Part shown: one piece after another, positions 23,885-36,570 of the stretch
Position numbering within the stretch: the first letter of the stretch is position 1
How the letters are laid out: each line of letters starts with the position of its first letter
Assembly (NCBI GenBank): GCA_043228905.1
Contig: JBHGNT010000018.1
Span: 11,036,001 to 11,100,000 of the forward strand
DNA length: 64,000 nucleotides
Direction: 5' to 3'
Source: Azolla caroliniana
Lineage: Eukaryota; Plantae; Polypodiophyta
Translations under genes and position numbers: made by a program
The notes under the pieces: generated by a model
What the model saw: only the letters and a program-made list of their open reading frames with translations
Told to the model about the DNA's origin: nothing
Databases searched by the model: none

Positions 23885-24905
23885 GAATAGTGGCGGTAAT
23901 CCAGGGCCGAATAGCGGCGCCAACTGAGTGTAGAATGGCGGCAGTGGAGGAGTGAACTCTGTTTGATCGAACAATTTTGGCAATGTAGGTCCGAACAATG
24001 GCGGCAATTGAGTGTAGAATGATGGCAATGGAGGAGTGAATTCTGCCAGATCGAACAGTGACAGATGATGCTTGGAACGCATAGTGACGACAACTAAGAG
24101 TAGAATGGCAGCAGTGGAGAAGGAGCGAACTCCCTCGGATAAAAAATTGGCAGCAATACACGACCGAACAATAGCGGCAATTGAGTGTAGAATGATGGCA
24201 ATGGAAAAGTGAACTCCGTCAAATTGAAAGTGGCAGCAATCCAGGACCGAACAATAGCGGCAACTGAGTGTAGAATGATGGCAATGGAGGAGTGAACTCT
24301 GTCAAATCAAACAGTGGCAGATGATGCCTGGAACGCATAGTGACAGCAATTGAGAGTAGAATGGGGGCAGTGGAGAAGGAGTGAACTCCCTCGGATCCAA
24401 AAGTGGCAACAATACACGACCGAACAATAGTGGCAACTGAGTGTAGAATGATGGCAATGGATGAGTGAACTCTATCAAATCGAAAAGTAGCAGCAATCTA
24501 GGACCGAATAATACTGTCAACTAAGTGTAGAATGATGGCAATGGAGGAGTGAAGTTCGTCAGATCGAACAATGGTAGATGATGCTTGGAATGCACAGTGA
24601 CAACAACTGAGAGTAGAATAGTGGCAGTGGAGAAGGAGTTAACTCCATCGGATCGAAAAGTGGTAGCAATATACGGCCTTCACACTAGCGGCAATTGAGT
24701 GTAGAGTGGTGGAAATGGAGGAGTGAACTTGGCAGATGATGCTTGGACTGAACAGTGGTGGCATTTGAGTGTAGAATGGCGGTAATGGAGGAGTGAACTC
24801 CGTCGGATCAAACAGTGGCAAACGATACTTGGACCGCACAGTGGCAGTAACTGAGTGTAGAATGACAACAATGGAGGAGTGGACTCAATAGGGTTTTGCA
24901 ATAAT
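23885..24905. repeat. 84-bp tandem repeat (~12 units) with three-unit higher-order period
   Basis: Unit = 24+24+21+15 bp sub-repeats starting GAA; every third unit has AGATGATGC...GGAGAAGGAG; minus frame reads EFTPPLPSFYTQLPPLFGP. Confidence 0.88.
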
Positions 24906-25234
24906 GGTAGTAATCTAAGCCAGAATACTCAACCAGTGATGGCCCACGTGATGTGACAAAGGATCATGCATAATGGACCTAGGAATTCGGTATATAATTT
25001 ATGGTGCACATATCAATTTATGTTGCACATTTATGGTGCTCATTTATATAATTAAAACTCTCTACAATTTTCAATGGTAGCTTTTTGCATAGCTAATTAG
25101 CTATGTCAAGGACATAGCTAATTGTTTCCACTCGCATGCTTTCACCCTACGACTATTCAATAGTTTTTCTATTTTTACGACTATCTATTTCTTGCCTAAT
25201 AATTACTCAGCCCTACCTATTCCTTTTACTCTTT

Positions 25235-25719
25235 CTAATTGTCCTTCGTCCTTTCTACACTTGGACGTCCGATCCGGCCAACAACATGCATAATAGATGA
25301 GTTTGATACCACATCCCCACCACATACATCGGCCCATGACTTCATTGTGCATACATTCTTCATCTCAGTTACATCTCGCCGCAATGTATCCATTTTTTCT
25401 TCTTTTAGTGCTTCCTTTAACTCAATTCTTTTTGACGCACTCATTTGTTACGAAAGAAGGTCTTTTACATTCTTGAATCTCTTCTCCAAGTTTTGCAACC
25501 ATTTTCTTAAGGCCTTCATTCTCTATGACAACTATTTGAAGTTGTGTTCTCTTTCATTAGTATCCTAATCTCTTCACCTTGCTTATTTATGGTTTCTTGA
25601 AGAGAAATCAAGGGACTCATAATCATTTTGTTCATTGTGGCTGAGTTTATTGCATTGGCGTCAAGAATCGTTGGTGATCTTGACTCATTATTGATCATAC
25701 TCCCGCTTTTTGTGGCCGC
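25235..25719 (-). pseudogene. Coiled-coil ORF with SWADV motif, LINE ORF1-like; N-terminus at 30485-30507 beyond the copia insertion
   Basis: Excising copia and one GCCGC restores in-frame MANTHKAATKSGSMINNESRSP; heptad-rich body. Confidence 0.5.
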
Positions 25720-28700
25720 TGTAAAGAATTGGATATGACACTTGTGCAGCGGAAGATATGTGTGTTATGTATATGTGTGAGAGGAAAGAGAGAAGAGAAG
25801 AGAAAACACAAGATAGATTAGATAGAATGGAAAATAGAATACTCAAGAAGAAAGTGTATATTCACAAGGAGAATATGCGATACAAAATGTAGCATTACAA
25901 GGAGTCACAACTGACGTTATATGAAGTAGGAGAGGGTGCTTTATATAAGGTCACCCTCTCTCTTCATTATCTCTCTACAAAAACCACTCTCTCTTGAGGA
26001 ATGTGAAGACTCACAGTCATGGGGAATGTGAAGACTCATAGTCATGGGGAATATGGAACTCATTAGTTATGTGTCATAGAATATATGATTTTATGACACA
26101 TAGTTAATGTGTAGAGAGTAGTGGTGTGACTCTTGACCTTTTAGTGATCATAGATTCTCAAAGGATGTGTTCACACGTTGCACTAAGTTGAGCTTGATTC
26201 TCAACACGCCCCCTCAAGCTCAACTCGGGTCGGGTCCTTTCGGTTGATGTCTGCTTTGGCTGGTATCGGGTTCGGAAAATCTCTAGTGTTTGCTTCGGTT
26301 CGTACCTGGTTCGGATGGTATCCAATTCTCTCTTGTACTCCCCCTCAAGCTTGGCAAGTGAGCGATCATCAATCCTAGGTCTGACAAAAAATTTCGAAGC
26401 TTGTCGGTTCCTAGAGCCTTGGTGAAGATGTCAGTTGTCTGGCGATTCATGTTGATGTGTTGAAGGTCGACATCTCCAACTTGTACGCTCTCTCAAATGA
26501 AGTGATAGTACACTTCGATATGCTTTGTGCGTGTGTGGAACACCAGGTCTGAGCCAGATAAATACTGCTCATGTTATCGCACTAGAAGGGAGTCAAATCC
26601 TTGAATCATGGGAACGCCCAAATCCTTCAAAATCCGCTTGAGCCATACGGCGTCACAGGCATCCAGGGTTGCGCCCTTGTATTCGGCCTCCGTGCTCAAA
26701 AGTGTGATGGTAGGTTGCTTCTTACTACTCCAAGATATTGCTCTGCTGCCGAGCGAGAAGAAAAATCCGGAGGTCGATCGTCGATCGGCTCTTTAGCCGG
26801 CCTAGTCGGCATCTGTGTACCCTTCGAGTCGAATTGGTGTGGACGATTCATAGAAAATACCACAATCCATTGTGCCGCTCACGTATCATAAAACTCGCTT
26901 AACACAATCAAAATGAATATCTCGCAGAGTCTGCATGAATCGGCTAAGGAGGCCGATCAGATAGTTGAGGTCAGGTCGAGTGATCGTGAGATAGATGAGG
27001 CTCCCGATTAATTGTCGATATTGAGTCATCTCACTCTGCGGTGCCGGAGTCGGCATCCAATATGAGGTTTCGATTGAGGGGTGTTGCCAGAGATTTACAC
27101 TCAGCCATCCCGAACTTGTATAACAAGTTGAGGATGTAGTGTCGTTGAGAGATCATAATGTCGTCTGGATTCTGAATTACCTTGATGCCAAGGAAGTAAT
27201 GGAGCTCCTTCATGTCCATCATCTCGAATTTGCTAGAGGGGAGGGACTTGACCTTGTTGATGTCGACTAGACTTTCAGAGTCGTTTCATACGTAGAGGGA
27301 GTTGTCGGATTTCGACATTCGAAAGCCGATTCGACGAAGATATTGTGTTATCTTCGAATGCCAAGCACGTGGTGCCTGCTTAAGGCCGTAGAGAGGCTTC
27401 TTTAGGTGGCAGACGACTTTCGGATGAATGTTGGATTTGAAGCCGGGTGGTTGTACCATGTACCTCCTCTTCTAATTCGCCTTGAAGAAAGGCGTTCTTG
27501 ACATCCATCATCCATCTAGTGGAGATGCCACCCTTTTGCTGCTACGAGTGTGATCACGGTCCACATAGTCATCATCTTTGGCACCTGGGCAAATGTCTCT
27601 TCATAGTCGACTCCATGTGTTTGTGCGTATCATTTCGCTACGAGTCGAGCTTTGTAGCGGTTTACGAAGCCGTCTGCATTATACTTCACCTTGTAAATCC
27701 ATCTACAGCCGATTGCCTTCTTGTGCGGTGAGTGGGGAACAAGATCCCATGTCTCGTTCTTGCATAGTGCTTGTATCTCCTCGTTCATTGCTTCGACCCA
27801 TCGTGGATCCTTGGCTGCTTCCGAAAAACTTTCCGGTTCTCGAACTATCGCCACCTTCATCATAAAGGCATAGTGATATGCCATATAATCATTGTGGATT
27901 CTTCTCACGGGTGGAGCGACGGAGTTTTTCATTTGGCGTGGCAATGGCTTTCTTTACGTGAGATGTCCTCATGATAGGTATATTGAAGCCACCAAACTCA
28001 CTATCGAGGGAGTGAGTCGATTCATTGTCGTTGAATTTATCGTCTTCATTCTCTGGCATTTTCGCCTTGCCTTTGTCCATCTTCGGACTAGGCTGAGATG
28101 TGCTTTGGTAGCTCGGGGCTTTTGGTGTCCCACTAAGCCTTGTCGTAATCAGACTTTCTTTGAACATGTGTTAGAGTCGATCTCCATCTTCTATCTCTTG
28201 TTTGGTAGATTCCGCGTCGACTGGAAATGGTTCAGGAGGATTCGGCTCGGGTTCGTACCATGATCATCCACCGAGTGTAGTCGTTTGAGCTTGTCCTCAT
28301 ACATCGGAATGAATTACGTCGAGTATGCCTTTGCTCACGTTCCTCTCCTTCGGAAATAGGTGTCGATGTTGCTTGCCGAATTGGCCAGCTGCACATACGC
28401 CTTCAATCTTTTTCTCTTTGAAGATCAGGATTCTGATGACGACTCCTTTCGATTGCATTGCCTTGAGCTTTTCGAGGTTAACGTGGCCAATCCCCTTATG
28501 GCACAACTCTATGTCGGTATCGACTTTGGTGCCTTTTGCAAACATAGCCGATTTCATCTCGTGTGAGTCGAGAATGAACATTCGGCCCTCTCCTCATCCG
28601 CGAGCGATGAGTCGACCCTCTTTCTCGATGAAACAACCGGCTTGATTAAATCAAACTTGCATCCCTTGCTCAACAATTTGGCCGACGGAGACCAAATTAT

Positions 28701-30484
28701 TCATAATGGTTGGTACATGCAAGACATTCTTAATGTAAGTTTTTTGGTTACCTTGTTTTCCGAATGGAACATTGCCGATGTGCCGAATCGGATGTGTAGT
28801 GTCGTCTCTGGTTTCGACATAGCCGTGTTGGTCCGGCTCTCGAAGTTCTCGGAACCGTTCTTGATGAGACGTCATATGGTTCGAGGCACCAGAGTTGACA
28901 AACCATACGTCTTCTAGACTGGATGCACTAGTTGAATTAGAAGCCGACTTAGAATTTTCTCTATGTCTCATCACGAACATTCTGCCATGATCATCATAGT
29001 CGTAGTTGGTGGCATAATTGGTGAGTTGTTGGCTAGTGGAAGACGACTCGCGTATCTTCTTTTGGCACTCTTCTTCGTGGTGGCCGATTTTGCTGCAATA
29101 TACACATTCAATCGAGTTTTGTCGGCTCGGACCGAAATGGAAGCTCCCCCTTCTTTTGAAGGTTCCTTGATGGCTTCTATCTTGTTGCCGAAATTGGGAG
29201 TTGTTTTCGTGAGTTGGACCTCGTCCTGGACCAAATCGGCCTCTTGCTCGGCCGCGTCCTCTTCCTCCATTCGCATGCGTGTAGAGCACGTGGCCTTCTG
29301 AGGCATTGATCTTTGTTTGAACTTGGTTTTCTTCAACCAACAACATGGATTGAAGATCGAAGAAAGAGGGAGGATTCTCCCGTGCTATTACGGCGGTCCT
29401 CATCGCGCTGAACCGTGGTGCAAGGCCGCCAAGGCCTATTTGCACCATCTCATCATCGTCCACATTGACGCTTATTGAGCCGAGCGAGTCACAAAGCTCC
29501 TTGATCTTCAAGGTGTAACTTGTAATGGGCATATCCTTTTGTTGGATGTTGTTCAACTCTTGGCGGAGTTGAAGCTTTCGTGTCGTCGTGTTGGCGGCAA
29601 ATATCTTCCGTAGATTCTCCCACGCTTTTTTCGGCACCACGGCTTCTCAAACGTAGTTCAGCATGTGATCATGAACACATGTCACCAAGCAATACATCCC
29701 TTGGCTTGCCGCTTGCTCCCATGTTGAGTAGTCGGTGTCTTTCGGGTCGAGTCAATTTTCTTGTGCTCCTTTGATGTAGCTCCAATATCCTTGACCGACA
29801 AGGTATTGGTGCATAATGTACTCCCAAGATGCAAAGTTGTTTCTATCTAGCTTCTCGCTAGGGAGAGCGCTCCCCATTTGAGTATTCATTGTCGATGAAG
29901 ATTTCTTTCTTCTTTTCTTTTCCTTCTCTCTCGAATACAAGTTATGTTGTCGCACTACGGTAGCAATGGACCGGTTCTTCTCGAATATCAGTGTAGAACA
30001 CAACACACGTGGATTGACTAGATCGAGCTACCAAACCACTCTGATACCATGTAAAGAATCGGGTATGATACTTGTGCAGCGGAAGAGATGTGTGTTATGT
30101 GTATGTGTGAGAGGAAAGAGAGAAGAGAAGAGAAAAAAAAAGATAGATTAGATACAATGGAAAATAGAATACTCAAGAAGAAAGTGTATATTCACAAGAA
30201 AGTGTATATTCACAACTGATGTTATATGAAGAAGGAGAAGGGTGCTTTATATAAGGTCACCCTCTCTCTTCATTAACTCACTACAAAAACCATTCTCTCT
30301 TGGGGAATGTGAAGACTCATAGTCATGGGGAATATGGAACTAATTAGTTATGTGTCATAGAATATGATTCTATGACACACAGTTACTGTGTAGAGAGTAG
30401 TGGTGTGACTCTTGACCTTTGAGTGATCTAGATTCTCAAAGGTTCTGTTCACACGTTGCACTAGGTTGACCTTGATTCTCAATA
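25720..30484 (-). mobile_element. Ty1/copia, internally deleted; LTRs 25720-26206 and 30050-30484; TSD GCCGC
   Basis: PBS TGGTATCAGAG at 30039-30049; PPT at 26207; gag MGSALPSEKLDRNNFASW; integrase core and RT YVDD missing. Confidence 0.93.
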
Positions 30485-30559
30485 GCCGCCTTATGAGTGT
30501 TTGCCATTCTAGGACCAAACACTATGAGAAGTATACCTCTAAAACCTATTAGCTTTAGT

Positions 30560-33138
30560 TGTGTTAATAACTAGGTAATTAACTAGGGTTAATTAGGGTC
30601 TAATTATGTGAGTATTGATAAAGCAATGAAAGATTATGTGATTTGTGTGTGTATGTGTGTGAGAGGAAGAGAGAGAGGAAGATACACTTATGAACAATAA
30701 TATAAATGGGGGATGATTAACAAGAGTGTAGCTAAAGACATTTCTCTATATTAATAAGGATCAAAATACAACGATATCCTCAATGAGGTATATATACACC
30801 TCATGTGCAAGGGTGCACATGTGTGAGGAGAATATAGGTACAAAATGTGTAAGTCCTATATTAAATGAACTTGGTAGTGGAGGATCTAGAATGTATCCAC
30901 ACTTACGTACAAGTACAAGATCCTATTTAAGGGTTTAAAGGTCAATACGCTAACTAGGTTCTATCTAGGTAACTACTAAGTTATGTGGTTAACTAAATGG
31001 TTAAACTATGTTGAGCTTGATACCTTAATATGCCCCCTCAAACTCAAGTGTGAGACGTCTGACATCCGTTTTTGCTTTCGGAATTGTCCGGCTTTAGATG
31101 TTGGCTTTTGTTCGGCTTTCGGCTTTCGGCGTCGGCATTTTCATGGCAGTTTTGGTTCCTCCCCCTAAAGCCTGTGATGAAGGCTTGTAGCATTCAATGG
31201 TTGAAAGTGTTGGGAGACAGGTCCCTCCGGATGGGAAGGGAGAAGAACAGTGCCGACGAACAATCTCGGCCGAGGCCAAAACCGGAAGAGGAGTACCCGG
31301 CTACGGAGAGCCGGATGGTGCAGACCCGGTGTGAACCGGATGAAGAGTACCCGGCTACGGAGAGCCGGATGGTGCAGACCCGGTGTGAACCGGATGAAGA
31401 GTACCCGGCTACGGAGAGCCGGATGGTGCAGACCCGGTATGAACCGGATGAAGAGTACCCGGCTACAGAGAGCCGGATGGTACAGACCCGGTATGAACCG
31501 GATGAAGAGACATATTAGTAAATATGTTTCTGATATTCCATTGCGGCTACATTTGTAAATAGCCGAAAAGTCATATTAGTATAAATATGACTTAGGGCAA
31601 ACTTTTAGAAAGTGGTGGTTGTCATTCTTGTTGGTGCAAGGATAGAGAGTGTGCGTAACTGTACAGAGAGAGAGAGAGAGAGAGAAAGAGGTCGTTGCCT
31701 CTGTTGTAACCGCCGCCTGTGGCGAAGATCTATGAGCACGAGGTCGGTGCCTCAGTGAACTTAGTGTTGTACATTTCATTATAGTGATAGTTTGCAACCT
31801 GTGGGCTGCCGTGGTTTTTCCCCTAGTTTGGGGTTTTCCACGTAAACCTCCTGTGTACCTTTTCTCTCCTTTTGTGTTGCGTGCATTTGTTTCCCGTTTT
31901 CTGTGTATGATCCTAAGCTCGGTTGTGGCCGAGCGTTGTGCATAAGGAGCCTTGAGTTCCCGATAGAAAGCCGAGGGCTAACCATCGGGGGTCACAAGCA
32001 GCTTCCGTAAAGCTTTCGGGCTCATGTTCAGTTGTGACCTTCATCATGAAGCCATAGTGATGGGCCATATACTCGTTGTAGTTGAGCCAAGTAACAGGGT
32101 TCTTCTCTCTAGATGAGCGTCAATGTTTTTCTCTTGCCAATGTGAGTGCATTCTTTACTCCAGTCCAAGTGTTCGCATGATGGGTATATTAAACTCATTG
32201 TCTAGTGAGGGAGTCGACAAATCCGAATCACTGTCATCAAGGCAGTTGACTTCGTATTTGGGCATCTTACCTTTGCCTTTGTCCGATTTCGACTTGGCCT
32301 CAATGTGCTTAGTTCGCATGAAGGCTCATGTGGTCCACTAAGCTCGGTAGAGCTTGGACTCTCCTTTGGTAGAGGACTTGGCCAAATATCGTTATCCGAG
32401 TTGACGTTTAACCCTTCCTCAGTCAGATCGGATAGAGCCGAATTGGGCTTATACCAAGATGCTGATTCATCGAAGACTACGTCTCGACTCACCCAAACCG
32501 CTCGGGTCGAAGGGTTATAGCACTTGTATACATTTTGCTCGGACGGATCCTATGAGGATACATGTCTCTGACTTCGTGTTGAGCTTCTGTTGTTTATTCG
32601 GGATGTGTACATCCGTAATGCTTTCGAACACTTTGAGGTGTGACAGGATCAGCTTCCTTCCGACAAGGAGCTCGTATGGAGTTAGCTCATGGACTCCATT
32701 AGTGGTGCATCGATTCATGAGATAGACGGCCATGGATGCCGCTTCGGCCCAATAGAAGTTCGACATGTGCTTATCATGCAACATGGCCCGTGCTACCTTG
32801 AGATGTGTCGATTCTTCCTTTCGACTACTCCATTTTGTTGGGGGTTGTGTCGGCATGAAAATTTTCTCCAAATGCCTTCTCCTTGGAGGTAGGAGATGAG
32901 TTCGTCAGAGAAGTACTCCTTGCCTACATCTGATTGTAGGCATCGAATGTGTTGACCGGTTTCTTTTTCGACTTGGCTCTTGAGATTTTGGAAGTGTGAG
33001 AGCACTTCACTCTTCTTCTTCATCAGGAAGATCCAAGTGTAGCACGAGTAGTTGTCTAGGTGACGTAGTATCGGCATCTGCCGATTGTCGACGTTTGGGT
33101 CAGTCCCCATAAATCTGCGTGGATTAAGTCAACGAGGC
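30560..33138 (-). mobile_element. Ty1/copia remnant: 3' LTR ~30560-31030, PPT and pol end to 31207, integrase 31998-33138; RT lost
   Basis: TTGAGGGGGCA PPT; [27 protein letters not shown]; cut at 33138 by the plus-strand copia. That the two parts are one element is inferred. Confidence 0.7.
31208..31945 (+). mobile_element. Lone LTR related to the Tork-like copia at 7110, with 4 x 54-bp U3 repeat (~31280-31508); 3' CA and TSD lost
   Basis: TGTTGGGA...GTCCCTCCGGATGGGA start, shared TATAAATATGACTTAGGGCAAA and CTCGGTTGTGGCCGAGC end. Confidence 0.85.
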
Positions 33139-33605
33139 TATTGAGAATCAAACTCAACTTCCCATAGATAGGTTTCACACTAGCTCATGGACATGTTGGG
33201 CTAGTTTTGTAAATGTTGTCTGCCTGGCCGGACTAGCCTCAACACAGGTGTCTATTTGACACTTCTCCAAAGGGGTGGTAAGGATTGGATGCTAGGTTAC
33301 ACGCGTAAGATAATTACAATTAAGCACAGACGGTAAACAATACGAAGATACAGATAAACACGCAATAATTGCTTTTGTATTACTTCCGTCAAACCCTTTA
33401 CAATTCATCGGATCCTTTTATAGGCATCCGGCAAGGTTACAATCGGTGCGCTTAAGCAACCGACATCCGAATCGGTCCGGATCCGGATCGGTACAACTGT
33501 ACTGGATCTGTCCCTCCGAATAATAATTCTACTATCATTTACTTCCTATTATCCGATCCGACTCCGCCTTCCCACTTGTCCTTGCTCTTCTGACCGGCCA
33601 ACACA

Positions 33606-33645
33606 TGGCACGCCCGTGGGAAAGTGCCTTGCACTTCGAATCCAC
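33606..33645 (-). other. tRNA-Arg 3'-end copy in place of the PPT (inverted PBS), E1
   Basis: Element-sense GTGGATTCGA-AGTGCAAGGCACTT-TCCCACGGGCGTGCCA-TG|TGTTGG (LTR). Confidence 0.8.
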
Positions 33646-33653
33646 TCCCGGCC

Positions 33654-36570
33654 TCATTCTTCCTCCAAAATATCAAGCACACTCTGCTCGATGGTGTCAA
33701 GTGGTGCTTCTTCCTCCTGTTCCTTGCCTGCCTGGTGTCCGACCTCCGGTTGGGTTGGCTGTTCCATAAAAATTTGCTGCTCCGGCTCTGCTTGATTCTG
33801 TGGTGCCGGTGCTTCCTCACTGCTTCATCCGGGTTCTTCCTGTTCTCCCTCTGTTCCAGGCTCTGTTCTGTTACCAGTGTCGCTTTCTCCGGTCTCGACT
33901 GGTCGGCTCGGTACGCCTTCTTCATCTGCTCTGGTGTTTTCCGATCTCAGCTCTTCTTCTTCTCCGGCATCAACCTGCTCCTGCTCTTCTTGATTTCCTT
34001 CGAACGGAAGTTCTTCTTCGGGTATTCCTTGTCGGGGTTGTTCGGTGTCGGTTGGTTCAACTTCAGCCGGTCTCTCTCCCTCACTTATAGTGATTGGCGT
34101 CGTTCTTCCCTTGGCTTCCTGTCGTAACCAGTCCTGCTCGTATTTCTCCAACTCCAACTGAGTTGAGAGCTGCCCGTCATCCAACCTCTCTACCAACCCT
34201 CGGATTTCTTTGAGATGTTCTTCCGCTAAAGCGTAGAAATCCTCCGACAATTCTTCCCGAATGGCGACGATACTTTCTTCATCCATCTTGTAGAACTTGT
34301 CACCGGTTTTTCTCCGATTCTCGGCATCCGCTTGGAGTGTCTGCAGCTCGGCTGCCTGTTGTGATCACTCCTTCCATAGCTTTTCCGTACTTTCGTTGAT
34401 GCTTGCCTGAGCTCGGGTACTCCAACCTGACATGATGAGCTTGATCCGGTCAACCCCCGCCTTAGCATGCGCATAAGCTTCTTGCTTTTCCTTCCTTGCC
34501 CGTTTTATAATGTCGGCCATTATCTGAGCCTGGGCCTCATAATCCGCTTTCTGCTTTTCATAGGTACTTTGCAGTTTGCTGATTGTGAAGGTCGATCTTT
34601 CCTTTTCTTCATTCCTGATCTTAGTCAGATCCAGCTTTTCCCGCCTTAGCGCCTCTAATTCCTTCCTTCTCTCCGTCGCTTGGGCTATTTCCGCCGACAA
34701 TGCTTCCTTTTTGGCACTGACCTCATCCATTGCCTTAGCTAGATCTAATTGGGTCTCTTTGAGCTGTTCTTTCAGCTTCTCTATTTGCCGTTCGTAGTCT
34801 GCTGCCCGTTTCTTGTTGTCCGACTCGGCCTGCTTGTGATCTCGGTAGAGACGGTCGAAGTCCTCCGTCTTCTGCTTCAGGCGTCGGTTTGCCTGAGCTC
34901 TTAACCGGTCGTCCCGGTCCTTCTGTTGTTGGAGTTCTTCCTGCAGTCGTTCTATCTCCTGCTCGGCATGTCGACGCAGTCAGTCCTTCTCCTTTTGCAG
35001 CTTCTCTTTTTCTTCTTGCAGTCGGTCATTAGTGGCTCGGCCTTTCCGGAGGCCTTCTTCCATTTTTCGTCTACCGTCCTCCACCGCTTTCCGCTGCTCC
35101 CTTTCTCTTTCCCTTAATGCCTCCTGAGCTTTTAACTCCTCTCCTAAGGTTTCTATTATTTTTTCGGTCTCAGGGCCGGTTTGTAAGGCTACCGGTTCCG
35201 GTTCTGGTTCTGGTTGCTTCCTTGTTGTCCCAACCGGCTCGGTGACAACTTGTGCTTGTTGAATTCCTTCCCTTGCCTGCAACAGCTCCCCTTGCATTTC
35301 CTCGATCTGTGTTCGGAGCGCGACCAACTCCTGAGTTGTTGTATGCGTCAGCTGTTGCCTACACGTTTCTTCTTCCTCTAACTGGTCCGCTACTCCCGAT
35401 AACTGCTCCGAAAGCCATCTCAGCCATTGTGGCTTTGTGCTTCCTATGTGGGGGTGGCCTTGCTCACTTAACTCAGGCTGTTTTTCCGGCCTTTTCTCTG
35501 GCTCCGACGCTTGTTCATTCTTCTTTTCTGGGATGACCGGTTCTCTGAAGTCCGGCACAACCAGTGTCGGTGCTGCTTCCCTCGGTACAGGTTCCGGTAC
35601 TGCTTCCGCCTCGGCTACTGGAGGTGGTCCTTGCGCCCTCTGCTAAGTTTTGTCAACTGGTGGAGCCGGTCCTTTCGCCCGTCTCTCCCGACCTTGTCTT
35701 GCTGGGAGTCTTACCAGTGGTTCGGATGAGTCTTCTGTTTCAGCTTCCTCCTCCGGTGCGGCTACCAGATGGACCTTTTGTATAAAGACCTCTGGTTCCG
35801 GTTCCGGCCATCGCAGCGTTATATGGATTGGTTTGAGCGCTACCGGTTCCTCCTCGGCCAATTTCCCTTTGCCTTTTCCTGCCGGTTTTGCCTTTGTTGT
35901 CGGTTCCTGTTGCTGTCGGGATGGTCCTTCCCCCCGCTGTTCTCCTTCTTGCTGGGTCCATCCGGGGGTGTGTTTCTCCAGGATCTGTCGGCGCTTTGTG
36001 ACCTTTTTCGGCGTCGTCTCCTGCCGACCTCTTTTCTTTTGTGTGATGGGGAGTACCGGTGGGACTAACACCGTTAGCCATTGTGCTATCCCGGCCCATG
36101 GCTTTTTTCCTTCCACAAGATTCTTGATGGCCTCCTTCAATCCTTCGGTTATGAAATGGAGCCAGTCTACTTGTAATCCTTCATACGCTGCAATTAAGAA
36201 CGTTGCCTGGTACCTGGCTATGGCCGGGGGACGAGGATTCACGAATCCGTATTCCATCATGGCGCGGGCCACTTCTCCGAACAGCAGGTTCTCTCCGCCC
36301 TGTGTTTGGTACGCCTTGCTGCTGATAGAATACTCACCGAAATATTCGAATAGGATTTCACTTGAAGGGTTTTCGATTGTTTGAAGTCCTCCTGCTTTTA
36401 TCCCCGTGAGCGCCTGCACCGCTCCTTCCGTGATTTCTGATAAATCAATTGATGCTGCCGCCTACTCTGGTTTTGCGTGTGGTGGAGCGTCGGCGATCCT
36501 CAGCAATCCTTTTAACCCGTTCTCCCTCATCCATTGGCGTGCCTTCTCCGACAGTACGTCCGAATATCTT
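33654..36570 (-). pseudogene. Extra 3' ORF (plant-transposon/env-position domain, coiled coil, conserved acidic C-terminus), disrupted
   Basis: Pieces 35643-36419, 34980-35558, 34365-34730, 33825-34286; homologous to 50908-53633; ends EQSVLDILEEE*. Confidence 0.8.

Noticed and set aside
23885-24905. CRISPR array
   Set aside because: No unique spacers or cas genes; contiguous degenerate tandem units in eukaryotic TE context.
31072-31558. ORFs with EPDEEYPATESRMVQTR repeats as genes
   Set aside because: By-product of a 54-bp U3 repeat inside an LTR.
33651-33672. TTTTGGAGGAAGAATGAGG (and TTTTGGACGAAGAG at ~53617) as the real PPT
   Set aside because: Lies ~50 nt from the LTR edge fixed by LTR-pair alignment and TSD, and is explained as the codons for ILEEE*/ILDEE*.
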